Assembly: GCA_965234725.1 (NCBI GenBank)
Contig: CBDDUX010000027.1
Coordinates: forward strand, 1 to 64,000
DNA from: Thermoplasmatota archaeon
GTDB taxonomy: Archaea > Thermoplasmatota > Penumbrarchaeia > Penumbrarchaeales > Penumbrarchaeaceae
Length of the DNA: 64,000 nt
Direction: 5' to 3'
Shown here: one piece after another, positions 12,729-22,637 of the stretch
How positions within the stretch are numbered: the stretch's first letter is position 1
How the letters are laid out: the number at the start of each line of letters is the position of its first letter
The notes under the pieces: generated by a model
Databases searched by the model: none
Told to the model about the DNA's origin: nothing
The model's input: the letters and a program-made list of their open reading frames with translations, nothing else
Position numbers and translations under genes: made by a program

Positions 12729-13998
12729 TATGGTCACCTCCAAGATCAGAGGCAAGTCTGATCGCTTCCGTGATTATTCTCTCCTGTCTATCGATCTTTC
12801 TGTTATCCATTAGAATATGACCATTCACAATTGAATAACATACAGCGCTGCTCTGGACTGAATAGACGACATTGGATTCCGGGGAATGACAGGGTACCAT
12901 CGTTGGATCTTTCATATCAATCAGTATCAGATCGGCCAATTTGCCTTCTGAAAGTGTTCCGCCATTGATACCCAGAGCTTCGTATCCGACCCTCGTTGCA
13001 GCATTGATTATTTCATGGGCGGAAATGGATGATGCACCAAATCGTTGTTTGCATAAAAGACCCATCATCTTCATAGTGGAAAACATGTCCAAGGAATTGT
13101 TGGAAGCAGAACCATCCGTTCCAAGTGCAACCCTTATGCCCCGTCTCACTATATCGGGATATTTCAACTGGCCCCCAACTGAGAGCTTCATATTGGATAT
13201 TGGAGCATGAGCGATACCCACCCCATTTTCCGCGGCAAGGTCCATATCCACCTCTGTGAGGTGGACACAATGAGCTCCGATCAGCTTGTTTTCAAGGAGA
13301 CCACATTTTTTAAGGATCCCCATTGGGGTCCCACCGAACCTTTCACTACATTCCTTGACCTCATTTTCTGTTTCAGAAATGTGGGTATGTACTATCAGCT
13401 CCCTCTTTTCAGCCTCTTCTTTGCACCATCTCAATCCTTCCTCAGAGACAGTATATACAGCATGAGGGGACATGGAGTTTTTTACTCTTCCACAATTCAA
13501 GTTATCGATCGCTTCCAAAGATCTTCTGACGCCCTTGATTCCTTGCTCTCTTCTTTCTTCATCAAAGAGGTCAATAAATCCTTCACCAAGTACCGCTCTC
13601 AATCCCATGTCGCGAACAATATCAGCCACCTCTCCCTGTCTGAAATACATATCATTGAAGAGTGTGGTACCGGTCCTGATCATTTCCAGACAGGCAAGGG
13701 AAAGGCCGCTCCGGAGGTGATCCAGGGTCATCCTTGATTCCATGGGCCAGATCCTATTCTGAAGCCACTCCTTCAATTCCAAATCCTCTCCGATACCTTT
13801 CAAGAGGGTCATGGGTGCATGAGTGTGAGAATTGCATAGACCAGGCATTATCAACAGGTCTGAAGCATCTATTGTTCTATCTGAATCCTCTCCTGAAACC
13901 CTTCCCTCATGGATCTCCTCAATTGAACCATCATCAAGGATGAATGTCCTTCTTCTTCCGTCCAGACAGTGGGCTCCTTCGATGACCATCCTTCCCAT
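12721..13998 (-). CDS. Amidohydrolase of the 5'-methylthioadenosine/SAH/5'-deoxyadenosine deaminase family (MtaD/DadD-like)
   Basis: Motifs PGLCNSHTH, EMIRTGTT, PHAVYT, HTHISETENE, AHCVHL and LGTDGSASNNSLDMF. Confidence 0.88.
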   Translation of the reverse strand: MGRMVIEGAHCLDGRRRTFILDDGSIEEIHEGRVSGEDSDRTIDASDLLIMPGLCNSHTHAPMTLLKGIGEDLELKEWLQNRIWPMESRMTLDHLRSGLSLACLEMIRTGTTLFNDMYFRQGEVADIVRDMGLRAVLGEGFIDLFDEERREQGIKGVRRSLEAIDNLNCGRVKNSMSPHAVYTVSEEGLRWCKEEAEKRELIVHTHISETENEVKECSERFGGTPMGILKKCGLLENKLIGAHCVHLTEVDMDLAAENGVGIAHAPISNMKLSVGGQLKYPDIVRRGIRVALGTDGSASNNSLDMFSTMKMMGLLCKQRFGASSISAHEIINAATRVGYEALGINGGTLSEGKLADLILIDMKDPTMVPCHSPESNVVYSVQSSAVCYSIVNGHILMDNRKIDRQERIITEAIRLASDLGGDHNE

Positions 13999-14051
13999 GG
14001 GAGGTGAAGGGTGGGATCTATTGAAAAAACCTTCCTAAGTATTCTTTTTCC

Positions 14052-14756
14052 TCATATTTTATCTGGAAGGTTGGACAAGATCTCCAAGACCGATCCCCAT
14101 CTTGACCTGGCATTCCCGAGTATGTCTTTGAAATCCAAGGGGGTTCGTTCTATCCCATTTGCATAATTATCAATTGTTAGAAGTGCTCCAACTCTGATCC
14201 CAAGTTCGGAACAAAGGGTAGCCTCAGGTCCCAGGTTCATTCCCACGATATCTCCCCAACCAGAAAGGAGCTTTACCTCTGCTTCGGTCTCCAGTCTTGG
14301 ACCTCTGGTCTGGACATAGATGCAATCCTGCAAGAGGTCGTAATTGGATGATCTGCAGGCTTCCACCAGGGAGGATTGGATATCCTGGTCCAGACCAGGA
14401 GTTGTATGGAAGATGTCGCTATCATGGAAGGTAGTACCAGAGGAAAGGTCAATGTAATCAGAGGGGATCGCAAATCCAGGGACCCTGATATTCGATCTCA
14501 ATGCACCTGTAGAGCAAATGGAAATGACCGAATCTATTCCGTTATCGAAAAGAGCCTGAACGTTCGCTTTGTGATCGATCTTGTGAGGAGGTATGGATGG
14601 GGGGATCCCATGCCGGGCGATCATTTTGATCTTTTTGTCTCCAACCTCAAGATCGATAATTGGGCTTGAAGTCCTTCCCCAAATGGTTTCAATGGACCCT
14701 TCGGGACGCAACGATCCAATATCTATGACTGATCCAGCAAGTATCCCCATGGTCAT
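14052..14756 (-). CDS. Methylthioadenosine/methylthioinosine phosphorylase (MTAP/PNP family)
   Basis: Motifs ARHG, PPHKID.KAN, GPRLETEAE, DIVGM and DNYANG. Confidence 0.85.
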   Translation of the reverse strand: MTMGILAGSVIDIGSLRPEGSIETIWGRTSSPIIDLEVGDKKIKMIARHGIPPSIPPHKIDHKANVQALFDNGIDSVISICSTGALRSNIRVPGFAIPSDYIDLSSGTTFHDSDIFHTTPGLDQDIQSSLVEACRSSNYDLLQDCIYVQTRGPRLETEAEVKLLSGWGDIVGMNLGPEATLCSELGIRVGALLTIDNYANGIERTPLDFKDILGNARSRWGSVLEILSNLPDKI

Positions 14757-14793
14757 GAAGGTCCATTGGTGGTATCGGGAATAACGATTTCGG

Positions 14794-17700
14794 TCAGGTC
14801 TGAACCATTCCCAGATTCTCCTCTAGCGGATAGAACCTTGCTGATTTATCATCCCTTTTGTAGTCGACAATACCGGCCCTGATCAGGTTCTTGACATGAT
14901 AGTTAACTACCTGCCTGGATACCCCGATCAGCCTTCCTATCTGGTCCATGGTCACTCCAGGGTGTTCCAGTATGATATTGAAGATCTCTTCCTGTTTGGA
15001 AACATTCTTCTTCAATTTGCTGATATTGATATTGGCTGGATAGTATCTCTTGTATATTCCATCGAACATGGATTTTACGAATCCGTTTTGCTCGAGCACC
15101 CTAAGGTGGTATGCAAGGGTTCCATTGTTGAGGTCAAGGTTTCTTTTAATTGAGGAATAATGGTCCCCGGGGTTCGCAATGATGTAACCCCTGATCAGAC
15201 CTCTTATCTCATGGTTCAGAATGTCCTTCTTGCTTAATTTCGAATAGAATGATATCCCGGCTGTGACCATGGTCACAAAACCGACCTCGGACCAAAGGAG
15301 TATGAAAATGGCTCCTATCGCAAGGCCTCCCAATCCACCGATCAGTAGCCATGGTGGGTTTGCCTCTCCTGGTTCATTGGGGGTCAGATAATTATCTGGG
15401 ATGGGGTCATCATCATCATCTTTTTGATCATCATCTGCCGGTTCATCTCCATCGTCGATCACCGGAGGTTTGTAAGGCCAGACCAATTTCGTGAACTCGA
15501 CCTGAGAATACTCGGATCCGTCATGTGCTCTTATAAAGATATACTGTCCTGACAATGGAACTGATAGTTCATCTACCAGTATGGACCAGGACTTGAATCC
15601 CCAGGCATCCCTCCAATCTCCATCCCCTATCCTGTACTCTATCTTTCCTCCTGAATCATCAGGGTCCCTTACCCTTCCTGAGATCATCCATCCCTGGTCT
15701 TCCTGATATTCCACATCATCCATGATTATCTTGGGGATATCGTTCACAGGTTCGATCCTGACCCTCAATCTGTCCGTTAGAATGGAGTCACCTGATACTA
15801 TCTCCAGCCAAACGGTCACTTCACCGGAAATATCCTCGGTTGGAAGGAGGAAGAGATATCTGTTGGCTCCATAATATGATATATAAGTTATCAAACGTGC
15901 GTCACTCGGGATCACCGATATCTCCACATTCGATAGATCCGAATCCGGATCGATTATCCATCCCTCAATAGGTATACGTGTTGGGAATTCCTGGTCCTCA
16001 ACAAGGTTCACAAGACCAGGATTGGCTCCAATCCATGGGTCTGCATCCATGTTGATGACCTCAATTTCTCCAATTGTCCGTGTCCCATCACCTTGACCTG
16101 TTTGAGGATCAAATGCGATCACTTCGATCCTGGCGAAACCTCCGGAACCCATGATGGATGGATACAGTATCAGCTCATCCTCATCGATCCAGATATCCAA
16201 ATCATCCCTCAACTCTGGCGGATCCGTACTAATGATCCCGACCTCGAAGGTCATGGGATCCCCGTCCGGATCCTTGAAAATACCGTTCTCACCCGTCAGT
16301 TCGACCCTTCTTTCCTCTCCTTCGGATATTGTTATGGATCCTATTCCTCTCAAAAGTTGGGGATTGTCCTGAACCGGTAAGATAACAAGGTTGATCGGTT
16401 TGGAAAGTACCCGTGAATTCAGGTCGGATACACCGATCCTGAATGAAAAATTCCCGTTCAGGTCCGGGTATTGTGATGCATGAGAAACTAGCAGATGGTT
16501 ATTATCGATGAACAGCAGACCTCCCGGGATCTGAGAGATGGGGATTATCTCCAGCGAGAGCTTATCAGTTCCCAGAAGATCATCATCAACATGATCCAAT
16601 ATGTCGATCAATGTCTGTCCGAGAGATCCCTCCATTATAGTTATCTTCTCTGGAAGGCTGTCAAGTATCACGGGAGGTGAATCATAGGTTACTGTAACCG
16701 GTCCAATTTCCAGGGCTCCGGATGAACCAGCCCTGACCATGAATGGAACAAAAGATTGATCGAAGTCATTTTGAGCTTTTTCCATGGCTTTCATGAAGTA
16801 TGGTGAATCTGATATGTCAATAGAGATCCTGTAATCAATGGAAAGGTCCTTGAACGTGATGAAGCCAGGGCTGGAAACCATATAGAGGTCCAGGGCCTTG
16901 AAGGTATTTCCATAGATGTCGCTTTTCAATGTTCCTTGAATGTCATTCGGGAGCAATGTTTTCAGGTCCAAGGAAAAATGAGATGAGTTAGGAGCAATGT
17001 CAATACTACCACTGGATGATCCCATCGAGATATCGTTTATCGAATTCCAATCTGTCCCTGATGAGATCAATCCATCATTGGATGTGAAACTGAATACATT
17101 TCCTGAACCCGTAGCGTCAAACTCTCCCAACAATGCTGGTCCATCAATGTCTTCCAGGAGTTCTATCAAATATCCTCTGTTATTTCCGGGAAGGATCTGG
17201 TAGAATCCACCCTTTGAACTTGTATAGAGGAATCCCTCGGGTCCGGTATATGCTCCACCATCCCCGTAGAATTCTCTTGGGATCGATCTGGGGGAGGAAA
17301 AGGTATTGTTCAATCCGACCCAGGATAATGCGGGAGAGGTTCCGTTCCAGGAAATGACCGCCAGGTCCTTATAGGGTCCTGAAGGGAAATAGAATTCCTC
17401 CCTGCCATCACCATCAAGGTCTATTGAGGTACCCTGTCCACTGATCGGAGCAAAGGAATCCAGGTCCAAGAAACCAGTTGAAGGTGATCCATTATTATCA
17501 ACGGTAGTTGTAAGGATGGTGATATTGGAATCCTCATTTTCGGGGAAGAGGATGATGTCCGGAACTCCTCCGTTCAGGATCTTGGTTGTTCCGATCCCGA
17601 TGATTCCGGGTGTGGAATCCAGTACGACCTGTTCGATCAGGGAGCCGCTTTCTCCAAGAGAGAATTCGCTCAATCCTCCACCGTTTGGTTTGAGGACATA

Positions 17701-18636
17701 GACTATATCCCTCAAAGTCTCCTCATCCTTGAGAACCTGGAAACCATTTCCCATTCTGGAAAGGTTATTGGCAAGCTCGATCTCTTTCAGGTCTTCCCAA
17801 CCACTACCAGTTAGGAGGGATACTTTATCACCTGAGCTGGTTCCCTCGAAGTACTGTAAGACAATGCCTCCGGCAACCTTGCTATCTCCATCAAGTATCC
17901 TAACTGAAGGGTCTCCGGATACACCATCAAGTACCCGGGTTCTTGAGTAGTTCCCCTTACCATCGAAATGGATGACATATATGGCAGAGTCCGGGAGATA
18001 ATGGTATGTTATCTCTTCAATACCATCTCCATCGATATCTCCTATATCCATGGAATCAGCTCTCACATCATCCGGAAGTATGTCCCATATCCTTCTGGCA
18101 CCCTCAGGTCGTAATGTCGGAGGAAGATAGATATCCATGCTTGCATCACTGACCTCAGAATTCTCGGGAAGCAGAATAGTGATCGTCCTGGTTGAACCGG
18201 ACATCAGCTCTCTTTCCACGTCAGATCCTGTAATAAAGGCTATCTGGCGGCCGAAATCCCCCTGAGCACCCCCGCCAAATGACCACTCCTTCCTGCCATC
18301 CATCCCAATATCTATTGAAACAGAGGACGGACCTTCCATTCCATCCACCGTGGAGACCATCAAGGTTGCCCCTATGACGGGTCCACCATCCGGGATGGGA
18401 ATGGAGAGACTGGGATCGATACCTCCTCCCGATCCAAATTCAACGATAACTTTCTCGTGTTCGACGTTCCCCTTTCTGATCGATCCGGTCTCCTCCGCAA
18501 GTGTTAGAGGTGAGACTGATAATGAGATCGCAATGAAGATCAGGATCGCTTTACTGAGGACCCCAACATCCCGAAAATTTGAATTTCGGTGCGCTTCCCT
18601 TTTTTCTAAGTGTACAAAGGGCAAGCTCCCATTCAT
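14794..18636 (-). CDS. Large membrane-anchored protein: FG-GAP-like and Ig/cadherin-like ectodomain, TM helix, C-terminal tandem winged-helix DNA-binding domain
   Basis: Signal-like N-terminus, GDIDGDGIEE and DLDGDGREE motifs, acidic linker and TM (PPWLLIGGLGG...). Then wHTH1 (IRGYIIANPGDHYSSIK...GTLAYHLRVLE) and wHTH2 (HPGVT...VSRQVVNYHVKNL). Start uncertain. Confidence 0.8.
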   Translation of the reverse strand: MNGSLPFVHLEKREAHRNSNFRDVGVLSKAILIFIAISLSVSPLTLAEETGSIRKGNVEHEKVIVEFGSGGGIDPSLSIPIPDGGPVIGATLMVSTVDGMEGPSSVSIDIGMDGRKEWSFGGGAQGDFGRQIAFITGSDVERELMSGSTRTITILLPENSEVSDASMDIYLPPTLRPEGARRIWDILPDDVRADSMDIGDIDGDGIEEITYHYLPDSAIYVIHFDGKGNYSRTRVLDGVSGDPSVRILDGDSKVAGGIVLQYFEGTSSGDKVSLLTGSGWEDLKEIELANNLSRMGNGFQVLKDEETLRDIVYVLKPNGGGLSEFSLGESGSLIEQVVLDSTPGIIGIGTTKILNGGVPDIILFPENEDSNITILTTTVDNNGSPSTGFLDLDSFAPISGQGTSIDLDGDGREEFYFPSGPYKDLAVISWNGTSPALSWVGLNNTFSSPRSIPREFYGDGGAYTGPEGFLYTSSKGGFYQILPGNNRGYLIELLEDIDGPALLGEFDATGSGNVFSFTSNDGLISSGTDWNSINDISMGSSSGSIDIAPNSSHFSLDLKTLLPNDIQGTLKSDIYGNTFKALDLYMVSSPGFITFKDLSIDYRISIDISDSPYFMKAMEKAQNDFDQSFVPFMVRAGSSGALEIGPVTVTYDSPPVILDSLPEKITIMEGSLGQTLIDILDHVDDDLLGTDKLSLEIIPISQIPGGLLFIDNNHLLVSHASQYPDLNGNFSFRIGVSDLNSRVLSKPINLVILPVQDNPQLLRGIGSITISEGEERRVELTGENGIFKDPDGDPMTFEVGIISTDPPELRDDLDIWIDEDELILYPSIMGSGGFARIEVIAFDPQTGQGDGTRTIGEIEVINMDADPWIGANPGLVNLVEDQEFPTRIPIEGWIIDPDSDLSNVEISVIPSDARLITYISYYGANRYLFLLPTEDISGEVTVWLEIVSGDSILTDRLRVRIEPVNDIPKIIMDDVEYQEDQGWMISGRVRDPDDSGGKIEYRIGDGDWRDAWGFKSWSILVDELSVPLSGQYIFIRAHDGSEYSQVEFTKLVWPYKPPVIDDGDEPADDDQKDDDDDPIPDNYLTPNEPGEANPPWLLIGGLGGLAIGAIFILLWSEVGFVTMVTAGISFYSKLSKKDILNHEIRGLIRGYIIANPGDHYSSIKRNLDLNNGTLAYHLRVLEQNGFVKSMFDGIYKRYYPANINISKLKKNVSKQEEIFNIILEHPGVTMDQIGRLIGVSRQVVNYHVKNLIRAGIVDYKRDDKSARFYPLEENLGMVQT

Positions 18637-18831
18637 GGAAACTTATACTTTTTCCAAGATATTAATTATTATCTGTACATATTTTTCAGCCAGAAGAAGG
18701 TCAAAGTTCAGAAAATACCAATCGGGAAAGAAATTAATCCTATCGAAATCAAGTTACCCAGCTCTTCCCGTTATTGATTTTGATAAGAAAACCTATAAGT
18801 AGAAAACCCGGGACTGAACTGTCACAGGCTA

Positions 18832-19539
18832 ATGGTGGGATCGATGGAAGAAGATTTCCTTAGGATCGGGACAGGCATAGATGGTCTTGACGAAATGATA
18901 GAGGGAGGGTTCCCCTTTCCTTCTACTATCTTGCTGGCGGGAAACAGCGGATGCGGTAAAACCACTTTCTGCCTCCAATTCCTTTTTGAGGGTGCAAAAA
19001 GGGGTGAGAGAGGTCTTTATTTTACAACCCTTTCCGAACCGACGAACTGGATGCTCAGGTTCACCTCCCGTTTCAATTTCGTAGACAGAGAGGCTATTGG
19101 AAAGGACATCGTCTATTTCGACCTGGGACCATATTTCAAATCAAAATCTCCTGGAGATGATAAATATGAGACCCTCATGAGGGTCATCGAGGAGAAGATC
19201 GTCGAGCTAATGCCTCAGAGGATAGTCATAGATCCTATCATCGCTGTCGGAGGGATCCTCAAGGAGCATTATAGAGAGTTCGTTTTCGACCTATCCCAAT
19301 CTCTGAAGAACTGGCAGGCGGTCACACTACTGACCGGTGAGGCCACTTTCGATCAACCTTATCCCATGGAGCCCGCGTATACTTCTGATGCAATCATTGT
19401 CCTATACAATGTAGAACATGAGGATGGAAGGAGAAGATACCTGGAGATATTGAAAATGAGGGGGACGGACCATCTCACAGGGAAGCATATGGTTGATATG
19501 TCCTCAGATGGACTATCTGTTCAGATGGGGTTCAAATAG
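18832..19539 (+). CDS. RAD55/KaiC-like ATPase
   Basis: Motifs TGIDGLDEMIEGGFP, Walker A GNSGCGKTT, Walker B IVIDP, SDAII and LEILKMRGT. Confidence 0.9.
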   Translation: MVGSMEEDFLRIGTGIDGLDEMIEGGFPFPSTILLAGNSGCGKTTFCLQFLFEGAKRGERGLYFTTLSEPTNWMLRFTSRFNFVDREAIGKDIVYFDLGPYFKSKSPGDDKYETLMRVIEEKIVELMPQRIVIDPIIAVGGILKEHYREFVFDLSQSLKNWQAVTLLTGEATFDQPYPMEPAYTSDAIIVLYNVEHEDGRRRYLEILKMRGTDHLTGKHMVDMSSDGLSVQMGFK

Positions 19540-19550
19540 GGGTGATCATG

Positions 19551-20153
19551 ATGGAACAAGCAAGTTCAAGGATCATGGAATACATCGATCTCCTTAACAT
19601 GTCATCAGAGTACTTGCTATCATTCTCACCCTTTTTCATCAATCATGTATCAGTTGACCTCATGACAGAAGTTCTATTAAATCGAAAGAGATCGGTGCTC
19701 TACATCTGTGTTGGAAGACCTCACCTTTTCGTCCAGAAGATATTGATGAACAGGGGAGTATCCACCAGGTCCATCCATTTCATGGATATGGTCCTTTATG
19801 TATGCAGGGAAATGAACAGGCAGAATCCATCAAAGATCTTCTTGGACGGGGAGGGTCAACCCCTGGAGATACCCACCATCTTCAAACTATTCAGGGTCGA
19901 TCAGGAGGTTGAACAACTCTCCATTGATGATGTCGACCTGTTGATCCTGGATAACCTTTCGGAACTCAGGACCTACAACAACGATGAACAGATCAAGACC
20001 TTCCTTAAGCTGCTCCACAATATTTCAAGTTCCAAGGGAAAGGGACTGATCCTACTCCATCTGAATAACAGGCCAGGTGATGGTATCCCGGAACTTGTCA
20101 GGTCCATGGGGATAGAGGTCCTGGATATCCCAAACGATGCTTTCAGATCGTGA
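19551..20153 (+). CDS. Probable inactive RecA/KaiC-fold partner protein
   Basis: Follows the KaiC-like gene with SD GGGGTGA. Has a Walker-B-like LLILDNLSEL but no Walker A. Confidence 0.55.
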   Translation: MEQASSRIMEYIDLLNMSSEYLLSFSPFFINHVSVDLMTEVLLNRKRSVLYICVGRPHLFVQKILMNRGVSTRSIHFMDMVLYVCREMNRQNPSKIFLDGEGQPLEIPTIFKLFRVDQEVEQLSIDDVDLLILDNLSELRTYNNDEQIKTFLKLLHNISSSKGKGLILLHLNNRPGDGIPELVRSMGIEVLDIPNDAFRS

Positions 20154-20242
20154 TATGGACCGCCGCTGTTCTATCTTAGACATACAAACCTTAAATATTC
20201 ACTCTCACTCTTCCATGGAAAGACAGTATCTGGAGGGGGAAT

Positions 20243-21595
20243 ATGTTAAAACGGAACTCCGGCCACAGATCCTTCAGTCTATCCATCATGATCCTGCTGA
20301 TGGTCCTTGTCCTGTTGATCAATGTCCCGGACACCGGATCACAGGGAACTGTAGAGATAGCTCTTGGAGATCTCAAAGGCGAGACCAAAATTGACCTGGA
20401 TAAGGACGGGATCTACGAATCCCTTATTATTGGTATCGAACTGATAGTTTACAAGGGTGGCAAGTACGGACTCCATGGATCCATTGGGCAGGGTATAAGT
20501 GCCAATGTCGGCCCCGTAGACCTAGGGGTCGGTCCGCATACATTGGAACTATCGTTTTCCGGGGGTCCATTATCAGTATCATCTTTATCCGGGCACCTTC
20601 TGGTGGATGTCGAGGCTTATTCGACAGATCCGGGTTCTGATACTGTGAAAAGGTCCTACAATACAGATGGTGACTATTCACCTGAGATGTTCGAGAGCCC
20701 CGACGAGGTCTCTTCCACAACAGTATCGATCTCTGGGAAGGAGGTCCTGATGAAGGGAAAGAAGATGGAGGTCAGGGTTAACATGACCTCACCCATGATA
20801 TCCTTCTCCTATCCCGAGAGCCTCAGGGATGATACCCTTTCTTCGATCACATATCTGGAGGTCATTGCTTTCAACGACGTTGATAGTGACGGGAAATGGG
20901 ACCCGAACAAGGATGATCTCAGATATTCTACGGATCTGTCCGATGTCGATTGGGAGATAAGTACGGATTTCAGCAGAGGATTCGATATCAAACTTTATGG
21001 CCTGCTCCAGCTCAGACTTGCCGGAACACCAACGACAGCAGCTTTTGCAAAGATGACATTCTCACTATCATCTGACCATCTTGAAATCGACCCTCCATCA
21101 CAGAAGTTCGATATCGACCTGGATCTATACCAACCACTGGACGCTGACAGGATCGCTGTTAGGCAGGAACTGGTCGATGAGACAGGAAAACTGAGTATCA
21201 TCGAGGGGACCAGCATCGATGAAGATGATCATTCATTGATAGTGATGAAGGGGGATGACAGGCCATACGGGACCTATTCCTGGACGGATGACATCGAGGT
21301 TGGAGGAGTGGAACTTTCCAATTCCTCTGTTGCCTCCTCATGGTATGAGATCGATGGTGGAAAGGCATCTGTTTGGTTCTCCTACCCCCTCAAAGGCAAC
21401 ATACAATTGATACATCATGATCCGACACTAAGCATGGACCCGGACCTTCCTCCCATATCCAGTGAGGATGATTTCCTGTCAGACAGACCGGTTTTGATGC
21501 TCGGGGGAATTGCCCTTGGGATCCTTGTAGTAGGTGGGACCATTTTTTGGAGAAGGATGGGACGTTCCAGGGATCCTGGAAGAGGGGGTGATTGA
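20243..21595 (+). CDS. Exported acidic protein with C-terminal TM anchor
   Basis: N-terminal hydrophobic signal, DxDxDG Ca-binding-like motifs, HDPT before a C-terminal TM and a basic tail. Confidence 0.7.
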   Translation: MLKRNSGHRSFSLSIMILLMVLVLLINVPDTGSQGTVEIALGDLKGETKIDLDKDGIYESLIIGIELIVYKGGKYGLHGSIGQGISANVGPVDLGVGPHTLELSFSGGPLSVSSLSGHLLVDVEAYSTDPGSDTVKRSYNTDGDYSPEMFESPDEVSSTTVSISGKEVLMKGKKMEVRVNMTSPMISFSYPESLRDDTLSSITYLEVIAFNDVDSDGKWDPNKDDLRYSTDLSDVDWEISTDFSRGFDIKLYGLLQLRLAGTPTTAAFAKMTFSLSSDHLEIDPPSQKFDIDLDLYQPLDADRIAVRQELVDETGKLSIIEGTSIDEDDHSLIVMKGDDRPYGTYSWTDDIEVGGVELSNSSVASSWYEIDGGKASVWFSYPLKGNIQLIHHDPTLSMDPDLPPISSEDDFLSDRPVLMLGGIALGILVVGGTIFWRRMGRSRDPGRGGD

Positions 21596-21622
21596 ATAGA
21601 TCCTCTCGATATTGCAGCGGCC

Positions 21623-21910
21623 ATGAAGGACCTTTTTGTGGGAATACTGATAGTTCTTTCCGTTGTACTAGCATTGGTGGGTTATTTTTCATGGTCAAGG
21701 ACCAGAAGTCCCAGGTTGGCCATGGTCACGGCCGCATTTTGTGTTTTCCTTTTAAAAGGACTCTTCCTTGCATTCGGTCTGTATCTCACAGACTGGGTCA
21801 GTGTTCCCAAGGATTTCGCGGCTGCTTTCGATCTGATGCTTGTTTCAGACGTCCTCGTTCTCCTGCTGCTCTATGCCGCATTGTTCAGGAGAAAGAGCAG
21901 GATGGCTTGA
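21623..21910 (+). CDS. Small three-TM membrane protein
   Basis: Three hydrophobic segments. The frame is open back to 21596 (see findings). Confidence 0.7.
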   Translation: MKDLFVGILIVLSVVLALVGYFSWSRTRSPRLAMVTAAFCVFLLKGLFLAFGLYLTDWVSVPKDFAAAFDLMLVSDVLVLLLLYAALFRRKSRMA

Positions 21911-21926
21911 CCGGGGTGCTGTCCGG

Positions 21927-22454
21927 ATGAAGGAGGACCCACTGGAACTTGACACCCGCAAGAGAATATACTCTCTCGTCGAGTCAACTCCAGGGATACA
22001 CTTCCGTGAGATATCAAGAAGATTGGACATACCCATGGGAGTCGTGGAATACCACCTTCACTACCTTTTGAAGAAGGATATGATCATTGCCAAGATGGAA
22101 GGGAGGTACAAGCGTTATTACACCGAGGGGAAGGTCGGTTCCAGAGATAAGAAGGTCCTGGCTTTTCTCAGGAAAGAGGTTCCTAGAAATATAATCATGC
22201 ATCTCATGCTTGAACCTGGAACAAGACATAAGGACCTCAAGGTCAAGCTTGGGATCTCGGGTTCCACATTGACATTTCACCTCAAGAAGATGATCAAGAA
22301 GGAGGTGGTAAAGGAAGAAGAGGTCGAAGGTGGGAAAGGCTACTTCGTAGTAGACCCTGAGGCTGTATCAAGGACCTTGATAGTGTTCAAGAGGTCCTTC
22401 ATGGACGACCTGGTGGATTCTTTCACAGAGACCTGGTTGGAGATGGATTTGTAA
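21927..22454 (+). CDS. Tandem winged-helix (ArsR-like) transcriptional regulator
   Basis: TRKRIY..VESTPGIHFREISRRLDIPMGVVEYHL and a second wHTH GISGSTLTFHLKKM. Start moved to ATG 21927. Confidence 0.85.
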   Translation: MKEDPLELDTRKRIYSLVESTPGIHFREISRRLDIPMGVVEYHLHYLLKKDMIIAKMEGRYKRYYTEGKVGSRDKKVLAFLRKEVPRNIIMHLMLEPGTRHKDLKVKLGISGSTLTFHLKKMIKKEVVKEEEVEGGKGYFVVDPEAVSRTLIVFKRSFMDDLVDSFTETWLEMDL

Positions 22455-22637
22455 GATCCACCCCAATATTCCCACCTTCAAAAATCAATAACTGAATAAT
22501 CCTTATACGAAATGTTTATAAACTGACCGATAAAAATTAATTATTTCAAGTGAAATTTATATACTGTTATCAATAATATTGTCAATGTTTTCGTCGAAAC
22601 GGAAGATGAGGACACAAATGAATGGGGGTTGGATACT

